DNA of 64,000 nt, taken from positions 20,956,001 through 21,020,000 of the forward strand of contig OZ249448.1 in the NCBI GenBank assembly GCA_965235115.1. The letters are read 5' to 3'. This stretch comes from Laetmonice hystrix (Eukaryota). A model generated the notes under the pieces. The model worked only from the letters and a program-made list of their open reading frames with translations. It ran no database searches and was not told the origin of the DNA. Shown here one piece after another: positions 1 through 11,700 of this stretch (position 1 is the first letter of the stretch; every line of letters begins with the position of its first letter). A program made the translations under genes and the position numbers.

Positions 1-6
1 AGGCTG

Positions 7-149
7 TAGTGGGGGATCCAGGGGCCGGCCCCCTTAGATTTTCTTTTCAGTGCATTAATATAGTCAAAATCCAATCATGCTGAGCATAGCGAGGATAAAA
101 TATTTTTTAGATGAGCCCGCCTCTTATCAAAATCCTGGATCCCCCACTG
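7..149. mobile_element. Short non-autonomous DNA element (MITE) with (C/T)AGTGGGGGATCCAG TIRs and 5-bp TSD
   Basis: TAGTGGGGGATCCAG at 7 and CTGGATCCCCCACTG ending at 149. GGCTG is duplicated at 2-6 and 150-154. Confidence 0.75.
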
Positions 150-198
150 GGCTGCATGCAGGCTGTGGTGTGTTGAGCCGTGACCCGTACTAGCTCAC

Positions 199-3100
199 CT
201 TTCCATCATCATCTTGGCCACGTTTCCGTTACCCTCTTCGTCATCTTCTCGGCAGGGTGCCAGTCTCGCGTGATCTGAAGCAAAATTAAGAACCCTGCAC
301 ACAAACTTCATCATCTGTTGCCTCAACCTAGAAATGTACAATACTCCTTAAGAACCAGAAATGAATACATGTGTACCCCCAAATACACGCCCGAACGAAT
401 AGACATAATGTGTACCTTCTATTCTAGTTTTTAATCTAGTCTTGTCATGGTGCATCTTTTATTCTAGTATATTTTTAATCTAGTCTTGTTATGGTTATTA
501 ATTTTTGTTTTATATGCAATTGTCTTATCTACTATATTATATAATTTATATTTAATCCAACCGTATAATGGTTGCCAATAAACATGGTTCTTATCTTATC
601 CTAATCAAGGCCATCGAAGGTCACACCAGTTAACTGTACAAAATGTAGTTTAAATGGTCGCATGCCTCAGCCCGTGGAGACAAATTCATATTACAAACAA
701 GGTCGGGTATCATTTAATTTCGTTTGCTGAGCTGGTTACAGAACTGATTGGGCTGACCCAAAACAAGCGCCTCAACAGTCCAGGGGTGCGTTCCTCATCT
801 ATCGTTATCCTGTCGTGCGTTAAAATCCCCATTGAAAATACATTGGAGTTAACGATACGACAAGCTAACGACAGGATGAGGAACACCCTCCAGGTCAATT
901 GTGTTTAGTAGCCGGACTTTTAACAATCCATCTCATCCGTAGGGTTAGAGCGCCATCAAAAAGCCGTCACGTGAATACAATGGAATTAGTAGTTAAGGAA
1001 CCATCCGGTTCTAAGATGGTCACGAACTACAAGTGATAGGCCGATCTGAGCGGTGATTAGTAAAGTTAGATCGCATTTCGAATATTTAACTATGAAGAGT
1101 TAGTCTCAAAACGGGTGTTAGTCAATCACATTGGAATTGGCAACCTATAGGCGTATGCAAGGGTATATCAAGGTTAACCATTCTTTATAGGCCTACAAGG
1201 GTTCACATGAGGTCCAACAATCCTCTGAGTCACAGCTCGAAAGGAAATCTGAATGGTAGAGGTAGAGGGCACTGTCATCGGCCTCAACCAACAGTCAAGG
1301 CAATCGGAGATATTTGATCAAATGCCCGGATTAAGTGAAAGGTAGCAAAACGGTTTTCAAAACTTTAGTCTTGAGTAAGTGTACCCCTGCCTCTGATTGG
1401 CTGGTATAAATAGACCTGCCAATCAGAAGCGGGGTTACACCTAATTTTAAGCGAAAGATTAAAGTTTTGAAAGGTTCTGGTACAAGAGAAGGACGCGCTG
1501 TGGTCGATCACCTGTGTCGGGTACCATGGTACCTGGAGTGGGGTCAGAGGTCGGACCAGGCTGTCTGACCTCACAGGCGGTGGCCTTAACCTCAGGACTC
1601 ACCATAGTGACCTCAGGGGGCTCGAAGCCTAGAAGAGAATTGAACATTCTGTATCAAACTATCCGACTGACGTCAAGAAATATTACATGGACTACTGCAT
1701 AGGTTTCTAGACTTGTTGTATGTTTGTCTGGAAGTGTGTTATCTTCGCTCTATGCATAGGCGCCCCCAGAACTTCCAAGGGCTAAGTGTAATTCGACTTC
1801 TGGGAAGCCCAGACCCAGAGCTACCAGAAAAAAAATTACGAAAAAATAGCAACGCAACTTCCTTCTGAATCTTGAAAATAGCGGGCTGATGCCACCAGAA
1901 TGTCAGCACCCTGACTCTATCACTTCGGGGATCCGGCATTTTGAGCAGGGGACCAGAATAAGGTCGAGGTTTCTAGGTCACAATGTCGCGCTCGTCCAAT
2001 CAGGTCCGATGATCATTTTCTATCACGGTCACCGTGTTCATGTTTGCGTCCATTCGGGAATCCTCGGCCATATCTTCGAAAGTAGCCTCGGGTGAAATAG
2101 GCGCCATTTTGAGCATTGCATCGCGGGTACATATAGCCGGGACTCTCGCCAGAGTCGACAACTGACCGGAGACTGTTACAGAGACTTATCTCCCATTATC
2201 ATCAGTTGTCAACAACAACATTGGCGAGTCGACAACTGACAGAAGACTGTTACAGAGACTTATCTCCCATTATCATCAGTTGTCAACAACAACATTGGCG
2301 AGTTGACAACTGACAGAAGACTGTTACAGAGACTTATCTCCCATTATCATCAGTTGTCAACAACAACATTGGCGAGTCGACAACTGACAGAAGACTGTTA
2401 CAGAGACTTATCTCCCATTATCATTAGTTGTCAACAACAACATTGGCGAGTCGACAACTGACCGGAGACTGTTACAGGGACGTCTCTCCCATTATCATTA
2501 GTTGTCAACAACAATATTGGCAAGTCGACAACTGACCGGAGACTGTTACAGAGACTTATCTCCCATTATCATTACGGTGCGACTCTTGTTTCATACAAGG
2601 CTCTCACATAGCGGCCTGAACACTGCTATGTTTAGAGATTTGACAGAAAGGTCTGAGGAGACAATCAGGAAGGCAGAGAAAACATTGAACAGTCTGCATC
2701 ATTTTGCTGACGGTGTGTTGTTCGAAGGTTCGAAGTTGGAAGAATAATAGATCAATCTTCATTATTTTTCCAAGCTGACGCCTCAACAGGAGTTACAGCA
2801 CAGGCGCCGCTAGGCATTTATCATGAGGGTCATCAATAATAGATATCTATTCATGGAAACGACTCAAAGAGCCATCACCGGCAAACGGAAGAATTTAAAG
2901 TAGGCCTATTTTTAATTTTTCCAGGAATCCCCTTGTGATCCCCCTGCCATCCCCGTCCTCATTAAAATTAAAGGGATGACGGGGTTTGATCTCACCTTGG
3001 TTGTCGAGTCCCTCCACTTCATCGTTTGTTTGTGACAGGTGGTCTGATAGTTGTGTGAGCACGGCCTGGGCGATTGGAACCATCATGGCAGTGGTGGCCG

Positions 3101-5247
3101 TGTTACTGATCCACATGGACAGGAAGGCCGTGGTCGACATAAAACCAAACATTAACCTGCAGGGTGGATGCAAAAATAAAACCTGAAAATGCTGCGGGAT
3201 GGACACCAAAGAATGTATATAAAAAGTGAACAATTAACATGTTGTTCCCGGACAATTCCTTTATCCAACAGAGGCGGGCACTAAAGGATTCGCCTCCAAC
3301 GAGGAGTGGAAACAACGAATTGACCAAAGTACACGAACACATGTCCAGAGCCTATTTTTCCCGGACGATTTGGCAGTTCACTGACTTGTGCCGTCTTGGT
3401 GTCCGATATCTCCGTACAAACTACAAGTAATTTTACAGATAGTCTGGGACCTTCGTCGCTTTAACTTATACTTCATCAAGTGGCACATTAGTTGCACTTG
3501 AGCTGCTTGAAATGGGACTACATGCACGTCATTAACATCGGAGCTGTTCGGGTGGAAAGCCGTGAATATTTAATCACTGCAGTGAGAAGAAGAACCACGA
3601 TTGGACTGCCTACATACCATCGGGGCTCGGCGCCCACCATCATCAGGACTCGCAGAGCAAACCGCTTGTGGAGGTTCCATTTTTCAACTGCTACTGCAAC
3701 CATTAACCCACCGAAAAACAGCATGTTGGTGTCCTGCAATGGGCAGTCGTCAAATTACTTTGGGCTTGATGCTGATCCTGACGATATGAATAGACTATCG
3801 CCTGAAGTGTATATCGCCCTCAACCAGCGGGAAGACATTACCCAGGTGTTTTTCTTGAGGGGGGGGGGGGGTCTCACTTCGAAGAGTTCGATGAATATTC
3901 TAGAATATATGTTGCTCGACATCACTGAATCTTGAAATGGATAAAGTAACGTCAAGTGAGCGATAATGAGGGTGTGTGTTAGGGGTAACATCTATTATTA
4001 TGCACTTAGTAAAGTGACGGCGATGTACCAACCTGGGCCGGCTAGCCGTGTATTATAAAGGATATAGAGTACTGTACCTTGAGGTAGTTGAGGCTGATCT
4101 CCTTTGAGCCGAGGACTCCGAGGAGCGGCATGAGAACGACGGGAAGGAGAGCCGTGACCGCCATTGGAATGGCCTCTGTCATCCAGTACACGGCCATAAT
4201 GAGGACGGCGTAGGCACAGCGGCCGGCCTGCAACAAGGCGAAAATTAAATAGGGGCCTGCAACAGAAGGGAACTGGTAAAGGAGCTGTGGTCGACCTGCA
4301 ACAAGGCGAAACTGATAATAGGGGCCTGCAACAGGAGGGAACTGCTAAAGGAGCTGTGATCGACCTGCTACAAAGCGAAACTGATAATAGGGGCCTGCAA
4401 CAGGAGGGAACTGATAAAGGAGCTGTGATCGACCTGCAACATGTCAAGGCGAAACTGACAATAGGGGCCTGCAACAGGAGGGAACTGATAAAGGAGATGT
4501 GGCCGACCTGCTACAAAGCGAAACTGATAATAGGGACCTGCAACAGGAGGGAACTGATAAAGGAGCTGTGGCCGGCCTCCAACAAAGGAAAACTATAAAG
4601 TACCGAACGGCCTGCGATGCGAGTTTCATGCTTGACCCGCGATTGTTATACATGTATAGTGCCTATCATAATTCCTGGTCTCTTATTCTTGCCTTCCATT
4701 TGTTGGATCCAAATCGGGCGGATGTCGCAGAAACAATCATTTTACTGGGTCTGGCCCGGTGTTGTATGATAGTAACGCGGACAGTGGACCTGTAGAATGT
4801 ATTCTGTACTCTGTAACTCATCCGTTGGTTCACCTACAACACGCATTCTGTAACATGCGGGTCGACACAAACAGACGCTCTGCAGTTGCAAAGAGTTGCT
4901 GAGGCCTAAGTGGATGTTCCTCCTCCATAAAACATTTGATATATCACAAGGCCTTACATCTGTAGATATTGGTAAGAGAGAACAAATTCATTTTCTCTAC
5001 GGTTTAGGAAGCCTATTAGTTGTTCGTCGATGCTCTTTATGATTAATTTGGCGTATCAAGCACTGTATACCTCTGCCATGGGATAAATGTTTACCCCCCC
5101 CCCCAACCCCGAGTTGCCATGTTAACTACTCACCCGTGAGGGGTACACGAGAGGCACGGGTAGGAAAATGAGTGGGGTGAATATAATCACCCAGGTACGC
5201 CACAATGACAACACCTGACGTAGGCCGCTCCTCTGATTGGTCAACAT
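199..5247 (-). CDS. SLC13: SLC13-family Na+/dicarboxylate-or-sulfate cotransporter, 5' part (continues beyond window start)
   Basis: Phase-compatible GT-AG exons: 5247-5134 (MLTNQRSG...[12 protein letters not shown]), 4227-4078 ([29 protein letters not shown]), 3733-3618 ([30 protein letters not shown]), 3156-2996 ([33 protein letters not shown]), and probably 274-199. These are hallmark SLC13 motifs. Confidence 0.93.
809..894 (+). repeat. Dispersed ~85-bp repeat, copy 1 (CCTGTCGT...ACGACAGG inverted ends)
   Basis: Similar sequences occur at 5627-5712 and 26596-26670. Confidence 0.75.
2152..2570. repeat. 74-bp tandem repeat (~5.5 copies) with an internal inverted repeat in each unit
   Basis: GAGT(C/T)GACAACTGAC recurs at 2152, 2226, 2300 and onward. 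GTCGACAACTGA pairs with TCAGTTGTCAAC within each unit. Confidence 0.9.
4221..4585 (-). repeat. ~69-bp minisatellite (~5 copies) containing copies of the SLC13 exon-2 splice acceptor
   Basis: The minus-strand TTTCGCCTTGTTGCAG|G tract of the true acceptor (4228) recurs at about 4296, with degenerate versions at about 4365, 4434 and 4506. Confidence 0.85.
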
Positions 5248-5626
5248 CTTCCGGAAGCCCCCTGGCGGCGGCGCTGAGTTCCGGCTTGTGTCGCCAGGGT
5301 CCGTCACGATCGCTGCGTGACCCCTGACACGTGTGCTGAGCCCAGGCTCTGAAAGGTCAGACCTAGAGGTCAATCGATACATAATAATTCTGTAATAGGA
5401 AAACATAACACAATGTATATTGCTCCCTGACTTGGATTCAAGTTACAGATAGAAATTTAACTAAGGTAGGCCTACATGATCTTTTGTGGGGCATTCAATC
5501 CAGCCACTCAGACAAACTACCTCGGTTTCCTCCGGGTACTTTGGTTTCCACCACCAAAAAGAATCATCTTCACATGTTCATCTGTTGCAAGGCTAAACCC
5601 CCGAATACCCACCCACCCGCAACAAC

Positions 5627-5712
5627 CCTGTCGTGCGTAAAAATCCCCGTTACAAATACATTGGCGTTTACGATACGACAAGCTAACGACAGGTTGCGAA
5701 ACGCACCACAGG
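5627..5712 (+). repeat. Dispersed ~85-bp repeat, copy 2
   Basis: Homologous to 809-894. Confidence 0.75.
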
Positions 5713-6309
5713 CTCTATCGACCATCATGGCAGCGCCTGAGATCAGGATCATCTATGTCCGCTAGATCTGATGATGAGGTGGACATGTCCGGTCCCTGAG
5801 ATAAACTTCCCGTGTATATGTATAAACCATAGAACCTACATACCTGAGATATATTCTGGAGATCGTTATGTGTTGAGGAACAGGTACATCTCACAACCTG
5901 CGGCGGTGATGTTATCATAGAATGTGAATGCAGAGATGGTGGGACTATATGTGACTCAGGCACCTGTTGACTGGCTGGTCCCACACTGTAGTTCACTGGA
6001 CGGTCACCGCTCGCACTACAGAGTGAGTCAAAAAAAGACTGGACACTTTTTAAAAGGCCCATTGTTTTATTGTGCACCAATATATACAATATATTTTTGG
6101 TTGTACTTATGCAGCAACTCTTCCTGCATCCTTTGGTACCAGTCATGCTTGATTGGTTTTCATGCATGACCGCACAGGAGACAATTAAGGGACAAGGGTG
6201 AAATCTGACCTGCGACACCACCACCAGCTGCAGATGCCCCCCCCCCTCCAACGCCTACACCCCGTCAGACTCCAGTTGGTAATCTACAGCGGACTCTGGA
6301 CCCCGCCTC

Positions 6310-6625
6310 ACTAACAAGGATCCCGGGGAACATTCCCAGGCATCGCCAGGCATCGCCGCTAAAACCCTATTCATATTAAAAGTAAACCGTAAGCCCTCAG
6401 TCAGGGACGTCCGCGATTAGTATGCCTCACGTTGATCTCTCTCACCCCTCGGAGAGCAGAGTTCTCAGATGATCAGGGCCCCGCCTCATTAAGAATTTTA
6501 GTCCCCAATCGTGGATGTCCCTGATTGAGGACTTTAAGTTTACTATTAAATATGAATAGGGTTTCAGCGGGGATGTCACCGTTTGAGGACTTTCTAGGGA
6601 TGCCCCCAGTGATCTGTGTTAGGGA
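6310..6625. repeat. Degenerate long inverted repeat (old foldback element)
   Basis: AAAACCCTATTCATATTAAAAGTAAAC (6361) pairs with GTTTACTATTAAATATGAATAGGGTTTC (~6539). CCTCAGTCAGGGACGTCCGCGATT pairs with AATCGTGGATGTCCCTGATTGAGG. Confidence 0.65.
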
Positions 6626-6748
6626 GACAAGGCCATGGATCCGTGCTTCAGTATCGACGACTGACCCCACTCCCTCTGTCCAGACAGTAGCGGATCAATC
6701 GGGGAGGGGGAGGGGGGGGGGGGTCAGGGAATTAAGGGGACAGGTCCC

Positions 6749-6899
6749 NNNNNNNNNNNNNNNNNNNNNNNNNNNNNNNNNNNNNNNNNNNNNNNNNNNN
6801 NNNNNNNNNNNNNNNNNNNNNNNNNNNNNNNNNNNNNNNNNNNNNNNNNNNNNNNNNNNNNNNNNNNNNNNNNNNNNNNNNNNNNNNNNNNNNNNNNNN
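6749..6899. other. Assembly gap (N run)
   Basis: Run of N. Confidence 1.
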
Positions 6900-8704
6900 T
6901 TACCTGACCGTGATGGACTCCATTTTTACCCGACTTCTCTCTTTAACACCCCAGCCCCACCCCCACCGCACCTTCACGATTCATGGATCCGCTTCGGACA
7001 GATCCTGAACTACTTTTTAACCAGTCATTCAGTTACGAGCCACCTCTTCAGCTAAGCTCTGGTGCTAACCGGCGCTCTATGTTGCATATTTGCATGTGTT
7101 GAATAGTGAGGATCACTGTATAGTTTACCAAGACAGGGCCAGCTTTTGTGTTCCGTCGGAGAGGAGATGTGTCGACAGGAGAAATAGAGCAATGTTAGCG
7201 CGCGCAACGCATTCAACGTCTTTACCGTGTCGTCTGCTGAGCCCTGCGTCTCCACGCCGTCAAACGAAAAACGTAAGTTCCGTTCTCGTTGCTGCTTGTG
7301 ATCATGAAGTTGTTGGACTAGTTTTATATTCAATGGAAATAATAGATTAGTGGTTGGCTGTCGTGATAATATTATGCTCGCGGAGTGGGAGATTTTCCTG
7401 ATTATAAATATTTATATATACTGGTAGCCCTAGACCGGAGGAATGCAGTCTCTCCTGTCAGAGTCTATTAATTCCGTTATGTACAAAATACCTTTAAGCC
7501 CGCCGAATTCAGGTCAACAGTCAGTGGTAGATGACAAAAACAAGCGGGTCCATTGAAAATGGACCCCATGTTTTGAACGGTATGTGGGAAATTATTAAAG
7601 ATCACAGATAATTTGAGGGGGGGGGGGGTCGATCTCCTCTCCCCCCCCCATAGCAGACAATACAAGGGAGTGTGTACCTCTCCTGACCGACATACCTGGG
7701 AATGACGACTACTTCAAACACCTGTCTCAATGCCAGTACAAATATATAAGATAGAATAAAAACATCTATCTCCTTTTGGCAACCTACTTTAACAGGTAAT
7801 GCCTTGACATCGGCTACGGGCGACAAGCAATATGTCAACATTGTTGATGTAGGCGCCTGCAAGGTATACTACCTACGTATATATAACTCATGGAACCACC
7901 GGAACTGTCCTGATAAAACGGGGAACATAGAGAAAACCACTCATAGAAAGACAGCTAGGCGCGAACAGGAAGCTTGTAAAGTTTTGTTGGTTGGTGGGGT
8001 GGGGGGAGCACCGAAAGCGACAGCCGTATATTCAGCGGGGAGTACAGGGGACCTCCCCCGGAAAAATTGTTTACCTCGGAAAAATGTTTAATTTGGAAGG
8101 CTCAAAATGGTATTTCCCGGCATCTGGAGATTAAATTCTGACTGAAATGAAGAGCTCTGCGGTGGTCTGGCCGTCCCAGGGATTTAAGGAGCATGGTGTT
8201 GGAGGGATACTTCAGCCCCCTTTTCACTCTTGATATGGGGAGGCTGCAGCCCCTCTGACCCCCGGTTCCTACAGTTATGCACTATTAGGTTTATATAAAC
8301 ATCTCACCGAGCAAAATGTCACAGTAGCATTTTATTTACATCTGGTGGCATCAGCCCGCATATGTCTTTGTGTCCAGTCCGTCTATCTAGCGTGTGGATA
8401 TAGGAGGACTGGTGGTCGAGTCTATGCTGACAGTGTGAATGTATTGAACTTTACGTAGGCCTATACGAACTGCTTCCTGCTAGGTCAACTGGCAGTGTGC
8501 CAACCCCTCGCGGCACCTCCAAGTCCCCCCCCCCCCCGATTTATTGTTTCAGTCGTTAATGAGAGGGTTTAAACGTACATCACAGATTGTGTTGTTTGGG
8601 TCTGTAACGGTAATGGTGAGACTCTGGCTACCTTGATGATGGGGCCTGGAGTAGTCAGAGACGTATTCACGGTGCCTTAAGCTGTTTGTCTACCTAGTTA
8701 CAGA

Positions 8705-11700
8705 ATGGTTGCCTGGCCGACCTGGAAGGTCTCACTGATCGCAGCGCTCCTAACGGTGGCGTTGGCGGCATTTATCCTGGGTCTGACGCTTGGACTCATC
8801 CAGCCTGATGGTGAGTACTGGAGGACCGCCCCCCCCCCACCACCACACACGGGCCCAGCATACCGTGACGTCACAATAACCTACTATGGGTTGGGGGCCC
8901 TGGAAGCTGTATAGATTTTGATTAATATAGAGGATTTTTTTCTGCTCTACGCCATCCTCTTCCTCCAGAAGGTTGCCCACTTCCCTCGACCACGTGTATA
9001 CGTATGTTGACCCCATAGTTTATTGTCCCCAGAGCCGGTGGAGGTGCCGACCCCGCAGCCGGTCCGCCAGAGGCAGTCTCCCCACCGTATCCGGTCAGTC
9101 ATCGGTCGCTATCGTTATGCAACCGTCCTGAGTGCTACCCACGCCTGCTCCACTATAGGAACGTATGTATAGTCATCCAAACTTCCCACAAGTTCCTCAT
9201 GTCATAAAATGTTCTTTTATAGCACAGTCTTTCTATGGCAATCGCCAAAGATCATAGGCTCGAATTATTGAGGTCAGTTTCATCGTTCTACTATATTTCT
9301 TTGTGTGCCCCCAACCGGATTAAACCGACTCATCATTAAGATATGTTATTAAATACTTATCCGAACTTAGAAGACCTTCAGATATGGCGAGGCATTAGCC
9401 CTTTTCTTAAGACCACAGGGCCCGGTTTTTTGTTTACTATTCCACCGTGAGCAAGGGTGAGCTGAGCTGAGCAAGGGTGAGCAGAAGCTCATGCTCACCG
9501 TTTTGCTCACTGTTCTCGTTTTTTTGGGTGTTTTACCGCGAGCTTGCTCACCATCATCACGCCTCATGGAAAAAAGCAACCCCAATAAACACGCAAACGG
9601 TGAGAATGAGCTCATGCTCACCCTTGCTCAGCTCAGCTCACCCTTGCTCACGGTGGAAAAGTAAACAAAAAAACCGGGCCCTGGAATAGTTTGCCATATG
9701 TTCCTCCAGCGACCTACTGGCCCGCCATGGAGGTACAGCCGTGGACGTCGCCATTGCCACCCAGTTCTGCTGCGGCCTCGTTCTGGCGTACGGTTCCGGG
9801 ATTGGAGGCGGAATGTTTATTACAATATACCAACCGTGAGTGGTCGGATAAGTATGCTTCACTAGTCACTAACCACTAAGTAACACTAGTAACCACTATA
9901 CAATAAACAGAACCCCCTCGCTGACAGTGATATTCAGGATAGGTGCTCACAGGGAAACGTTTTCCATTCTAAGCGGGGGGGGGGGGGGCGCCCCTTTTGA
10001 CAAGCAGGTGCGCTTTTGAACTTATAGCTATGTTCAGAAAAGTTCCTCGAAAAGATATCTTTCCTTGGCGAAATTTCATTGATTTCCATGAAGGGTATCG
10101 ATCGCTGACATGTGACGTTCTCCGCGCGGTCAGACCGTGCGGTGATGTTCTCCGCGCGGTCAGACCGTGCGGTGATGTTCTCCGCGCGGTCAGAGCGTGC
10201 GGTGATGTTCTCCGCGCGGTCAGACCGTGCGGTGATGTTCTCCGCGCGGTCAGACCGTGCGGTGATGTTCTCCGCGCGGTCAGACCGTGCGGTGATGTTC
10301 TCCGCGCGGTCAGACCGTGAGGTGATGTTCTCCGCGCGGTCAGACCGTGCGGTGATGTTCTCCGCGCGGTCGGACCGTGCGGTGATGTTCTCCGCGCGGT
10401 CGGACCGTGCGGTGATGTTCTCCGCGCGGTCAGACCGTGCGGTGATGTTCTCCGCGCGGTCAGACCGTGCGGTGATGTTCTCCGCGCGGTCAGACCGTGC
10501 GGTGATGTTCTCCGCGCGGTCAGACCGTGCGGTGATGTTCTCCGCGCGGTCAGACCGTGAGGTGATGTTCTCCGCGCGGTCGGACCGTGCGGTGATGTTC
10601 TCCGCGCGGTCGGACCGTGCGGTGATGTTCTCCGCGCGGTCAGACCGTGAGGTGATGTTCTCCGCGCGGTCAGACCGTGAGGTGTAGGAGCCAATCCTAT
10701 AAGTTTGTCCTTCGTGACAGAGCATCATGCACTGTCCCCATGTTTTCGTACCTTGATCCCTGAGGTCAGTGACGTCAGTTGTGTGTCATTATACATCTAA
10801 CCCGATATGTAGATCTCTGGAATTCAGTCCTAATGTAAGCCTTAATGTAATCAACACTAGCGCGTGAACTTTGAAAGTTCTGATGGCCAGCCTTGTCACG
10901 TTCCTACCTCAAGGCCTACTATAGTTTATACTGCAGGGCCGTGCCGAGCGGGCGGACAGAGAACAGCCCCCCCCCCCCACCCCCACCCCCCACCCACCCA
11001 CCGCAATTTGAAAAGTAGGCCTACCCTTTTTGACCAGCAGGAATAATAGACATGTCATTATCGCCACCACATCATCAACTTATCGACGTCCAAAACCATG
11101 ACCTGGGTAGCAGGAAACGGTGGGATCTTTTAGAGCTGAAACCCCAATGCTTATCAAACCGTCGTCCATATACAGTCTCAGGCTAACCTGTCATCTGTCA
11201 TCACCTTTGTGATCGGTTAAAAGAAACGACCACCGCCAGTCTGTACAGGCCAGACACACAGGCCGTGAACTTCTAAGCAAGTTAAAAAAGATTTGAACAC
11301 AATTGGTGCTCAAATAGTTAAGATATAAGCCCTTTAGTACCGGAGCCTGCTGAGAGCCTGCTCAGCTGGTGGAGGCCGCCATAGCGTCTGCTCGTTGGGC
11401 TAATCTCAAACTGCGCATGCTCGACCTAGGCCTGACCAATCACAGCACGACTGCTCTCCAGTTTGGGAGGAACATGTTGCGTTGAACGATTCGGAAGGTA
11501 GCGAACGTTGACAGCTTACAAGCTATATTTGTTAGAACATAGACGAAAACCATTGATACTGATGATGAATGGCTAGGAATTAAGCCTACCAATATCCGAG
11601 TGTATAGATATATCAGGGTGGACACGGATCTGGGCAGCCGTGGGTTTCGGCCGCCTGCATTCAATTCCTCCCGCTCGGATGTGTGATGTTGACGGAGCTC

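Noticed and set aside
2152-2570. CRISPR-like array (palindromic repeats)
   Set aside because: The intervening sequences are identical rather than unique spacers, the context is a eukaryotic intron, and there are no cas genes. The same applies to the other arrays.
6012-6170. Tc1/mariner-like end TACAGAGTGAGTCAAAAAAAG
   Set aside because: No matching second terminus was found, so an element could not be delimited.
9934-10728. Long ORFs of 190-264 aa (ARSDRAENIT repeats etc.)
   Set aside because: They result from a stop-free 30-bp tandem repeat inside GGT-A intron 3 and are open in several frames on both strands.
11355-11410. GGT-like peptide VEAAIASA
   Set aside because: The true exon 3 (9710-9835) already supplies this motif, and this segment has no compatible splice sites or further similarity.
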